Below, one piece after another: positions 10,507 through 17,504 of a stretch of DNA of 64,000 bases. Within the stretch, counting starts at the first letter, position 1. Each line of letters starts with the position of its first letter. The DNA is taken from the NCBI GenBank assembly GCA_966210885.1, contig CBIHLQ010000004.1:13620-77619 (forward strand). Direction: 5' to 3'. The position numbers and the translations under genes are program-made. The stretch comes from an uncultured Pseudomonas sp. Its GTDB lineage: Bacteria; Pseudomonadota; Gammaproteobacteria; Pseudomonadales; Pseudomonadaceae. The notes under the pieces were generated by a model. It was not told the origin of the DNA and made no database searches. It worked only from the letters and a program-made list of their open reading frames with translations.

Positions 10507-10935
10507 TCAATTGTAGGTTATGGTGATACTGATATCGCTTATGCCGGAGGGACTGTCGCCAGTAGCTTTCAGAATGATACCGCTTACCGGATCACCATCA
10601 AGCAGCCCTTCCTGATCCACCAGCCTGAGGCAATCGCCCCGACCAGCACAACCTGTATCTACTTTCTCCTGCAGTTGGGCAATGATTAAGCGAAAACGAT
10701 CTTCATCCGTTCCGGCCATGAATTCGCTGGGAAGACGAATTATCAGATCCCCCGTGAGGCCGCTGACAAACACGGCCGTACCTTGCGGCATAAGCGTTTC
10801 GTTGATTTTGACCGGAGCGACTATCCTGGCGCTAGCCATCGCCGCTGCCCGGTTTGCACAGGTACTGCCGCTGACCCCGGCCATGCTCGAGGCCAGCGCA
10901 AATACAAGGGCGAAGCTGCCGAAACCCAACCTCAT
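10507..10935 (-). CDS. Short divergent DUF4402-like pilin subunit 2
   Basis: Signal peptide, ASARIVAP segment homologous to TSATVVVP of pilin 1, C-terminal ISITITYN, two Cys. Confidence 0.65.
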   Translation of the reverse strand: MRLGFGSFALVFALASSMAGVSGSTCANRAAAMASARIVAPVKINETLMPQGTAVFVSGLTGDLIIRLPSEFMAGTDEDRFRLIIAQLQEKVDTGCAGRGDCLRLVDQEGLLDGDPVSGIILKATGDSPSGISDISITITYN

Positions 10936-10991
10936 AGTTCCGCCCCCTTTCCGCTGGGCCAGCGGCCTCCTTGCCCCGCACCGGAGAACTG

Positions 10992-11531
10992 TTAGTTATA
11001 GTTCACTTCTGCCGTGATGGTGCCAGAGTAAACTCCTGTTGTTTGAGCATTCCCCACAGTCAGAGTCCCACCGACATAGAGTGTCTGTGTACCACCGGTG
11101 AGCGTGCCGCTCGCCGGACTATTCTCTGTAGCGCCATCGAGGTCGTGGACGGTCGCAAGGGCCATAGTCGTGACGGTATCCGTATGAGTCAGATTGTCGT
11201 CCGTGACGCTGATGCTGAAGCTGGCGTCGGCTTGGCCGGTAACCGTGAACTGCGCAGCGGCAGCAGTGCCCCCCGTCAGTACAACATCGCCGGTCGGGCT
11301 AGCCGCACCGCCAGTAGTCAATACGACGGTGCCGCCCGTGCCCGCAGCGAATTCGCCGAAAGAAAGATCCTGGGCCTGTGCAATCGCGATGGGCACAACG
11401 ACCGTAGCGCTGGTAGTGGCGGTGTCGCTTACTGCAGCAGCAAAACTGTTGGAAGCGCCAAAAGCCCCCAACGCGGCGACCGAAGCCACCGCGGCAAGAC
11501 GGAAGTTCTTGCTAGAAAGAATAGATTTCAT
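10992..11531 (-). CDS. DUF4402-like major pilin candidate, 179 aa
   Basis: Signal peptide, Ala/Thr/Gly-rich, DLSFG motif, YVGGTLTVGNAQTTGVYSGTITAEVNYN end; first gene of the operon. Confidence 0.88.
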   Translation of the reverse strand: MKSILSSKNFRLAAVASVAALGAFGASNSFAAAVSDTATTSATVVVPIAIAQAQDLSFGEFAAGTGGTVVLTTGGAASPTGDVVLTGGTAAAAQFTVTGQADASFSISVTDDNLTHTDTVTTMALATVHDLDGATENSPASGTLTGGTQTLYVGGTLTVGNAQTTGVYSGTITAEVNYN

Positions 11532-11590
11532 AGGTAAATCCCCTTGTTAAGCCATGTCGCAGACGTGCTTGCCGTCAACAGCAGCTTGAA

Positions 11591-11653
11591 CTGAAACACC
11601 AATCACAGGGGATCCGAAAACGGGCCAATGAGGGGGCCGAAAACAGACCAATG
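11591..11653. repeat. Three imperfect direct repeats in the pilin 5' leader
   Basis: GAAACACCAATC / GAAAACGGGCCAATG / GAAAACAGACCAATG; the last two also share a GGGG(A/G)..CC prefix, about 23 nt period. Confidence 0.6.
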
Positions 11654-11697
11654 TAGCCTGAGCACCGAGAAAGCGGCTCGAAAAAACTACATTGAAT

Positions 11698-11786
11698 GTC
11701 GACGGTCCCGCTGTCATGAGGCTTTAGGGCCCTTTAGACCGGTGACTTTGCGTCTCCGCCTTTCGACGGGTTTGCCTTTATCGCAC
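11698..11786 (-). ncRNA. c-di-GMP-I (GEMM-I) riboswitch aptamer upstream of the pilin operon
   Basis: Minus strand reads GUGCGAUAAAGGCAAACCCGUCGAAAGGCGGAGACGCAAAGUCACCGGUCUAAAGGGCCCUAAAGCCUCAUGACAGCGGGACCGUCGAC. It has GGCAAAC, a P2 stem with GAAA tetraloop, GACGCAAAG, a UCUAA..AUGA tetraloop receptor and P1 GU(g)CGAU/GUCGAC. Confidence 0.9.
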
Positions 11787-11839
11787 CTTAAGGATAGTCA
11801 ACTCGGATGAATGCGCAATTTGGGCGTCGCTTGCAAAGC

Positions 11840-12137
11840 GTAGTCTAATTTCGCTAGACGCCTCTGCCGCTGGAAAAGCCACCGGAAGAGATGTCATGTA
11901 TGAGCCGTAAATGCAGAGTGTCCAACGCCAACTTCAAGCCGCAAGTCGTGCAGATGGTGAAGGAGAAAAGCCTGATTGTGCCTCGGAGTTGATAGGTGAG
12001 ACGGCGGTTCGCCGTTGGTTTCAGCAGTACAACGCCAAGCTACCCGGATAGTCCGGAATCAGTAAGCCGCGAACCTTCAAGCAACAACGAATCCGCTAGT
12101 TCGAAGCTGTCAGCTCAAGCAGTAAAACGACCTGTTA
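11840..12137 (+). pseudogene. Decayed IS3-family element end with transposase OrfA remnant
   Basis: From ATG 11900, across stops and frameshifts: MSRKCRVSNANFKPQVVQMVKEKSL..GETAVRRWFQQYNA..SGISKPRTFKQQRIR*FEA..QLKQ*NDLL, which matches the IS3 OrfA HTH plus leucine-zipper pattern; IR-like GTAGTCTAATTTCGCTAGACGCC at about 11840. Confidence 0.75.
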
Positions 12138-12462
12138 GGCTATTGGCGTCACTATCAGGGCAATTTGCTCGGCTGATCCGATTGCTCGTCGAGATCGCCG
12201 CCGAAGGAGTCATCGGCGCCCTCCGCCCCGTAGCGGCATAGGCCGGGTCGACATCATAGGCGCCACCCGGCACCTGCGCGCCCTTCTCAAACGCCTCGCG
12301 ATTGCGCTCGATCGCCTGTCTCACCGCCTGAGGGGCGTCCTTCGCCACCTTGCCTTTGGTTGCGTCGCCGTTCGTCTTGTCCTTCGCGGAATCGCCTTGC
12401 GGCGGATTGCCGGGAATCTGGCATTGCTCGCTGTTTTTCGGGGTATCGGGTTGCCGACTCAT
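12115..12462 (-). CDS. Hypothetical hydrophilic low-complexity protein, 115 aa
   Basis: GGAG RBS before ATG 12462; no recognisable domain; 3' end overlaps the IS remnant. Confidence 0.4.
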   Translation of the reverse strand: MSRQPDTPKNSEQCQIPGNPPQGDSAKDKTNGDATKGKVAKDAPQAVRQAIERNREAFEKGAQVPGGAYDVDPAYAATGRRAPMTPSAAISTSNRISRANCPDSDANSLTGRFTA

Positions 12463-12679
12463 GATTCGAACTCCAATCGATGTGCGCACCCGGTAGAGAA
12501 AAACGCAGGTAAAAGTGCGCATCCCGGGATCGGCGGTTATGCCTTTCAGCGTCGCCCGAACGGCTGCCGTAGATCGACTGGAACGCCCGTGCTTGAGCCG
12601 CTTCACCGCTTCCGTGAACTATCTCGAATGTCGGTGCTCACATGGGTTATGTGCACTCAGCAATGGTCTACGCCGCCCT

Positions 12680-13105
12680 ATGGACAGCCAAGAGAGCAGC
12701 CGGATAGCCGCTCCGCTGGCGCGCTGTCTCGGAGAGCATGCGGATGCCATGCAGATCGCCGATGCGATTGTTGTCGTGTGGAGTGAAATTGATAGCGCCC
12801 TGGCGCCGATTATCGGGCACGGGGGGGTGATTGCGCTGTGCAAGCGCAGCCTTTATCTCGCCGCCCAGCGACACGCCTGCCTGACTGACGCTTATGCAAG
12901 CATCCAGTCAGGGGGCGAGTTCACCGATTTTAAGCCAGTTATCGCGCAACAGACCGGCATCACTGTCTCCGTCGGCGATGAGGTTTTCCAACAGTTCAAT
13001 GGGTTGCTTGTGTCGTTGATCGGCAGCTCTCTCACCGAGCGATTGCTGCGCTCCGTGTGGGAAAACTCGTTGGCCGCGCCGCCCGCGCAGGAGCATTTGC
13101 CATGA
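12680..13105 (+). CDS. Small alpha-helical protein coupled to the KaiC-like ATPase, 141 aa
   Basis: MDSQESSRIAAPL start; stop overlaps the ATPase start (ATGA at 13102-13105). Confidence 0.7.
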   Translation: MDSQESSRIAAPLARCLGEHADAMQIADAIVVVWSEIDSALAPIIGHGGVIALCKRSLYLAAQRHACLTDAYASIQSGGEFTDFKPVIAQQTGITVSVGDEVFQQFNGLLVSLIGSSLTERLLRSVWENSLAAPPAQEHLP

Positions 13106-14562
13106 AAAAAGTAGCCATCAACTGTTTGTCTACTGGCATTGCGGGCCTGGATCGAGTCCTGGCCGGTGGGTTGCCGGAGCTTTCCTTCAATGTGATCGCC
13201 GGCGCCCCCGGCTGCGGTAAGACCACGCTGTCGCATCAACTCATGTTCGAAATGGTCAAGCACAATGCCCCAGCGCTGTATTTCACGGGATTGGGCGAGC
13301 CTCCGTTGAAAATGCTGCGTCACCAGCAGCAGTTCGATTTCTTCGACGACGAGAAGATCGGCCAGTCGATCCACTTTATCAACCTGACGGAGGATATCTT
13401 CGGCGGCGACCTCAAGTTGATGCTGCAGCGGATCGTCGACGAGGTACTAAGCCATCAACCCAAGCTGGTATTCGTCGACTCCTTCCGCGCTGCGGTGCAC
13501 TCCAACGAGGTGGAGCAACAGCCGAACAGCGATCTGCAGCAATTTATGCAGCAGCTCGGGCTATTGTTGACCAGTTGGCAGATCACCTCGTTCCTGATCG
13601 GCGAATACTTTTCCGAGGTCGGCAACAACCCAGTGTTCACGGTGGCCGATGGCTTGATCTGGCTACATAAGGACGTGCATCGCAACTCCTTGGTGCGCAA
13701 GTTGGAAGTCATGAAAATGCGCGGTCAGCCAGTCCTGCCGGGGCTACATACCTACCGACTCAGCTTGCATAAAGGCATCGAAGTATTCGCACCCTCCGAT
13801 AGCCTGGCGCTGCCTGAGTGCATCCGTCCCTCGGAGACTTCCCGCCTGGGGATGGGGGTGGAGCATCTGGACGAGATGCTCGGGGGCGGTTTGCCGAGTG
13901 GTTATGCGCTGTTGGTGGTAGGCCCTTCGGGGTCTGGCAAGTCGACTCTGGCCATGGCGTTCTTGGCCGAAGGCGTACGCAACGGCGAGACCGCGGTGAT
14001 TGCCAATTTCGATAAAAATCCCTATCTGTCGTGCAACCCAGCACTCGTCAATTTGTTGAACAGTGGACAGATCGGCGTGCTGTACAGCCTCGCCCCCGAT
14101 CTGTCGATCGATGAGATTGCGCTCAAGTTGGTCGACGAAATCCGCCGACTCAAGGCGACCCGCGTGGTGATCGATTCGCTATCGGGCCTCGAACTCTCCC
14201 TGGCCCCGACCTCCCGCGCGGACTTCCGCGAATCGCTGGCTCGCCTGACCAGGACCCTGTCCAACACCGGTGTCAGCGTGCTGTTGATCTCCGAACTCGA
14301 GGATAGCTATACCGAGTTGCGCTTAAGCCCTCACGACACCGCGTTCCTCGCCGACGCAATCATCATGCAGCGCTATATCGAAGTCGACAGCAGGCTGCTG
14401 CGGGTGATGGCGGTGGTCAAGGTTCGGGGCAGCAAGCACTCCAATCAACTGCGTCAATTCACTATCGACGACGAGGGTATTCACCTGGGCGAACCCTTGA
14501 TAAATCAGGAAGGGTTGCTGGGTGGCCAGCCAACGGCAAATACCGGTAACGATTCGGCCTGA
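13102..14562 (+). CDS. KaiC-like double-domain RecA-superfamily ATPase, 486 aa
   Basis: Two Walker A motifs (GAPGCGKT, GPSGSGKS), Walker B motifs (VFVDS, VVIDS), KMRG and KVRG arginine fingers; GGAG RBS. Confidence 0.92.
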   Translation: MKKVAINCLSTGIAGLDRVLAGGLPELSFNVIAGAPGCGKTTLSHQLMFEMVKHNAPALYFTGLGEPPLKMLRHQQQFDFFDDEKIGQSIHFINLTEDIFGGDLKLMLQRIVDEVLSHQPKLVFVDSFRAAVHSNEVEQQPNSDLQQFMQQLGLLLTSWQITSFLIGEYFSEVGNNPVFTVADGLIWLHKDVHRNSLVRKLEVMKMRGQPVLPGLHTYRLSLHKGIEVFAPSDSLALPECIRPSETSRLGMGVEHLDEMLGGGLPSGYALLVVGPSGSGKSTLAMAFLAEGVRNGETAVIANFDKNPYLSCNPALVNLLNSGQIGVLYSLAPDLSIDEIALKLVDEIRRLKATRVVIDSLSGLELSLAPTSRADFRESLARLTRTLSNTGVSVLLISELEDSYTELRLSPHDTAFLADAIIMQRYIEVDSRLLRVMAVVKVRGSKHSNQLRQFTIDDEGIHLGEPLINQEGLLGGQPTANTGNDSA

Positions 14563-14591
14563 CGGGCGAGCGCCCTGGGGAGGCTTGTACT

Positions 14592-16181
14592 TTGAACAAA
14601 AAACGGGGCCGCGGCCCGGATACGGCCAAAGCTCGACCTGAATCGACGCCCGATCAACCGATCGAGTCGGTGTCGCAAAAGAAGTTGGACGAACTGAAGA
14701 AGCGTCTGGACGATAGCCATCCGTCGCCACTGGTGGAAGCCAACGAGCAGTTGGTGTTCGCCATGTTGCGCACCCAGATCAAGGCCGAGCAAGCCGAGCG
14801 CAAACTCCAGGAGGCTTTGCGCCTGGTCGAGCTGGACGCATTGACGGGCCTGCCGAACCGCGTGCTGTTTTTCGACCGTTTCACCCGTGCGATCGCCAAT
14901 GCCAAGCGGCATAACCAGCGTTTGGCGCTGTTGTTCCTCGACCTCAACAACTTCAAGCAAATCAACGACACCCTCGGCCATAGCGTGGGCGACGAGGTGC
15001 TCAAGCATGCGGCAAGGTGCTTCGTCTCCTCGGTGCGCGAGGCCGATACCGTCAGTCGTCTGGGCGGCGATGAGTTTTTGATCCTGCTCACGGAAGTTAC
15101 CCAGCCCGCCGATGCGACCTTGATCGCCAGAAAAGTCACGGCGGCGCTCGGCACGCCGAACCGTATCGGCGAGCACCTGTTGCGCCTGACCACCAGCATC
15201 GGCATCAGCATCTATCCCGACGATGGCGATACGCCCGACGAACTCGTCGAGCGCGCCGATGCCGCCATGTACCGGGCCAAGCGGCACGGGCTGGGCGGCT
15301 TCGTGTTTCACGGCGAGGCCAACGACAGCGAGCCGCTCGACCCGCCCGTCAGCTCGCTCAAGCGTCTGGTTACCCACTATGAGTTGTTACAGGCCGAGCA
15401 TGATCGGCACAGCTGCGACTTGTTGGAAGCCAACGAACAGTTGGTCCTGGCCGCCCTGACCGCACAGGCCCTGCAAGCCGAGGCGGAACAGGCGGAGCGC
15501 CGGCAAAAGGACGCCCTGACTCTGCTCACGCATGAAGTGCGCACGGCCTTGACGCCGATCCGCATGGTCGCGGAATTGTTAAGTCGCCCTAGCCAGCACG
15601 TGCCACTGCGCTTGCAACAGGTTTTCGAACGCAAGGTAAGCCATCTGTACCGCGTGCTGGACGACCTGCTGCATATCTCGCGCGCTAGCGTCGCCAAGTT
15701 GAAGCTCGAGCGGCAAACGGTCGATTTGAACCATATCGTCGAATCGGTGGTGCAAACCTGGCGGCCGGAGATGGACAGTCGAACACAGCGTTTTGAACTG
15801 CGGATGCCGCAACAGGCACTGTTGTTGGAAGGCGACCCGATGAGGCTGGAACAGATTTTCGACAACCTGCTCGGCAACGCCTGCCAATACACCCCGGCGG
15901 GCGGACAGATCGCGCTGACCGCGAAGTGCGAAGGCGATACCGTCGTCATCACGATCAACGACAGTGGCGTCGGCATCGATACCGAACTGTTGCCGAACAT
16001 CTTCGAGCCGTTCGTGCAGACGCCCGGCGCCATCGACTTCGACAGCGGCGGTTTGGGCATCGGGCTCACGGTGGTGCGCGAACTGGTCCTGGCCCACGGC
16101 GGCGAGGTCGCCGCCAGCAGTGCTGGCCCCGGTCTCGGTAGCCAGTTCGTGGTCAAACTGCCTCTGCTCGGGCAATCTTAA
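14592..16181 (+). CDS. GGDEF diguanylate cyclase - HisKA - HATPase_c fusion protein, 529 aa
   Basis: DALTGLPNR, DLNNFKQINDTLGHSVGD, READ I-site plus RLGGDEF; THEVRT H-box, NLLGNA N-box, DSGVGI, IFEPF, GLGIGL. Start codon (TTG) uncertain. Confidence 0.88.
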   Translation: MNKKRGRGPDTAKARPESTPDQPIESVSQKKLDELKKRLDDSHPSPLVEANEQLVFAMLRTQIKAEQAERKLQEALRLVELDALTGLPNRVLFFDRFTRAIANAKRHNQRLALLFLDLNNFKQINDTLGHSVGDEVLKHAARCFVSSVREADTVSRLGGDEFLILLTEVTQPADATLIARKVTAALGTPNRIGEHLLRLTTSIGISIYPDDGDTPDELVERADAAMYRAKRHGLGGFVFHGEANDSEPLDPPVSSLKRLVTHYELLQAEHDRHSCDLLEANEQLVLAALTAQALQAEAEQAERRQKDALTLLTHEVRTALTPIRMVAELLSRPSQHVPLRLQQVFERKVSHLYRVLDDLLHISRASVAKLKLERQTVDLNHIVESVVQTWRPEMDSRTQRFELRMPQQALLLEGDPMRLEQIFDNLLGNACQYTPAGGQIALTAKCEGDTVVITINDSGVGIDTELLPNIFEPFVQTPGAIDFDSGGLGIGLTVVRELVLAHGGEVAASSAGPGLGSQFVVKLPLLGQS

Positions 16182-16233
16182 GCGGCGAAATGCATCGCGC
16201 CATGGCCGGCGCCCGAACTGAGAGTTTTCCCGT

Positions 16234-16755
16234 ATGCCAGCCCTACTCCGCGCGCTTGAAGGCGACATTACCCGGCTGCGGGTGCACGCTATCGTCAACG
16301 CGGCGAACAGCTCGCTGCTCGGCGGCGGTGGGGTCGATGGCGCGATCCACCGCGCCGCCGGCCCGCAATTGCTCGAAGAATGCCGGCGCCTTGGCGGTTG
16401 CAAAACCGGCGAGGCCAAGCTGACCCGCGGCTATCGGCTGCCTGCCGACTACGTCATCCATACGGTCGGGCCGGTTTGGCGGGGCGGCGATCACGGCGAA
16501 GCCTCCTTGCTGGCGTCCTGTTACCGGCGCTCGCTGGAGCTTGCCGCCGAGCACGGCATCCGCAGTCTGGCCTTCCCCTGTATAGCTACAGGTGTTTATG
16601 GCTACCCCAACGAACTGGCGGCGCAGGTCGCGGTAACCACGGTACAAGCCGCGCTGCAACAGCTTGTCAGCCTCGAGGAGCTGATCTTCTGCTGTTTTTC
16701 GGCCCATGATCTGCGGCTCTATCAGAGGCTTCTCCGAGAGATGCCGAGCCATTAA
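16234..16755 (+). CDS. ymdB: Macro domain O-acetyl-ADP-ribose deacetylase (YmdB-like)
   Basis: [51 protein letters not shown]. Confidence 0.93.
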   Translation: MPALLRALEGDITRLRVHAIVNAANSSLLGGGGVDGAIHRAAGPQLLEECRRLGGCKTGEAKLTRGYRLPADYVIHTVGPVWRGGDHGEASLLASCYRRSLELAAEHGIRSLAFPCIATGVYGYPNELAAQVAVTTVQAALQQLVSLEELIFCCFSAHDLRLYQRLLREMPSH

Positions 16756-16973
16756 GGAACTGGCGGAGAGCGCTACGCGAACCGAACCTACTCGCGCGCC
16801 AACTACGCGGCAAATTTGCCCACGTATCCGTTGTCGCCGAGCATCCACGCCGCAGCTATGGCAAGATTCGCCGCTGCCTATTCATGGTGCGCTTCGTGGC
16901 TCGACCCGCTGGGTAAACAGTCGCCGATGGAACGCATGCATTCGGCCTTATCCGGCCGCTCTCGGAGATTTAC

Positions 16974-17483
16974 ATGACTCGCCAGACCTCGCTTATACCC
17001 CTGCTGTCGCTGATCGCCATCGCCTGTTTCGCCATGCTCGGCGGCGCGCTGCTGTTGCAGCACCTGGCCGGCTGGGAACCCTGCACCCTGTGCATCCAAA
17101 TCCGCCTGTGGCTGCTGCTGGGTGGCGTAATCGCGCTGTTGATCATCGCGGCCGAGGCACTCGGGCAGCGCTGGATCACCCTGATCTTCTGGCCGTTGTT
17201 GATCGCCGCAGGAGGAATGGCGGTGTACGACAACACCCATCTGGTACTGATCGAAACCGGCATCCTGGAAAGCTTCAGCTGCTCGCCCTTCCCCTTTTAT
17301 GCGTTCTACCTGCCGCTGCACGAATACCTGCCCGAGGTGTTCATGAGCGCCGGCGTCTGCGGGCAGAACGACTACGCCATCCTCGGCGTGCCCTTCACTC
17401 GCTGGACCCTGTTGAGCGTGACCCTGCTGCTGGCCTTGATCCTGTTCGGGGCCTGGCGCGCCCTGTTCAAAGCGAAGCGATAG
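16974..17483 (+). CDS. dsbB: DsbB-family disulfide bond formation membrane protein
   Basis: EPCTLCIQIR CxxC motif, four hydrophobic segments, second Cys pair in the periplasmic loop. Confidence 0.8.
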   Translation: MTRQTSLIPLLSLIAIACFAMLGGALLLQHLAGWEPCTLCIQIRLWLLLGGVIALLIIAAEALGQRWITLIFWPLLIAAGGMAVYDNTHLVLIETGILESFSCSPFPFYAFYLPLHEYLPEVFMSAGVCGQNDYAILGVPFTRWTLLSVTLLLALILFGAWRALFKAKR

Positions 17484-17504
17484 ACGCTTAGCAGCGAGGC
17501 CGCC

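Noticed and set aside
11591-11653. Mini CRISPR array
   Set aside because: The repeats are short, imperfect and contiguous, with no unique spacers and no cas genes
11698-11786. cGAMP-selective (GEMM-Ib) riboswitch variant
   Set aside because: The position-20 equivalent is G, not A, which indicates c-di-GMP
12680-16181. A true circadian Kai clock
   Set aside because: No kaiA or kaiB in the window, and the S431/T432-equivalent residues are Ala/Phe
5964-16233. Integrase- or tRNA-anchored genomic island or prophage
   Set aside because: No integrase, tRNA, att repeat or phage gene was seen; the only mobility trace is the IS3 remnant
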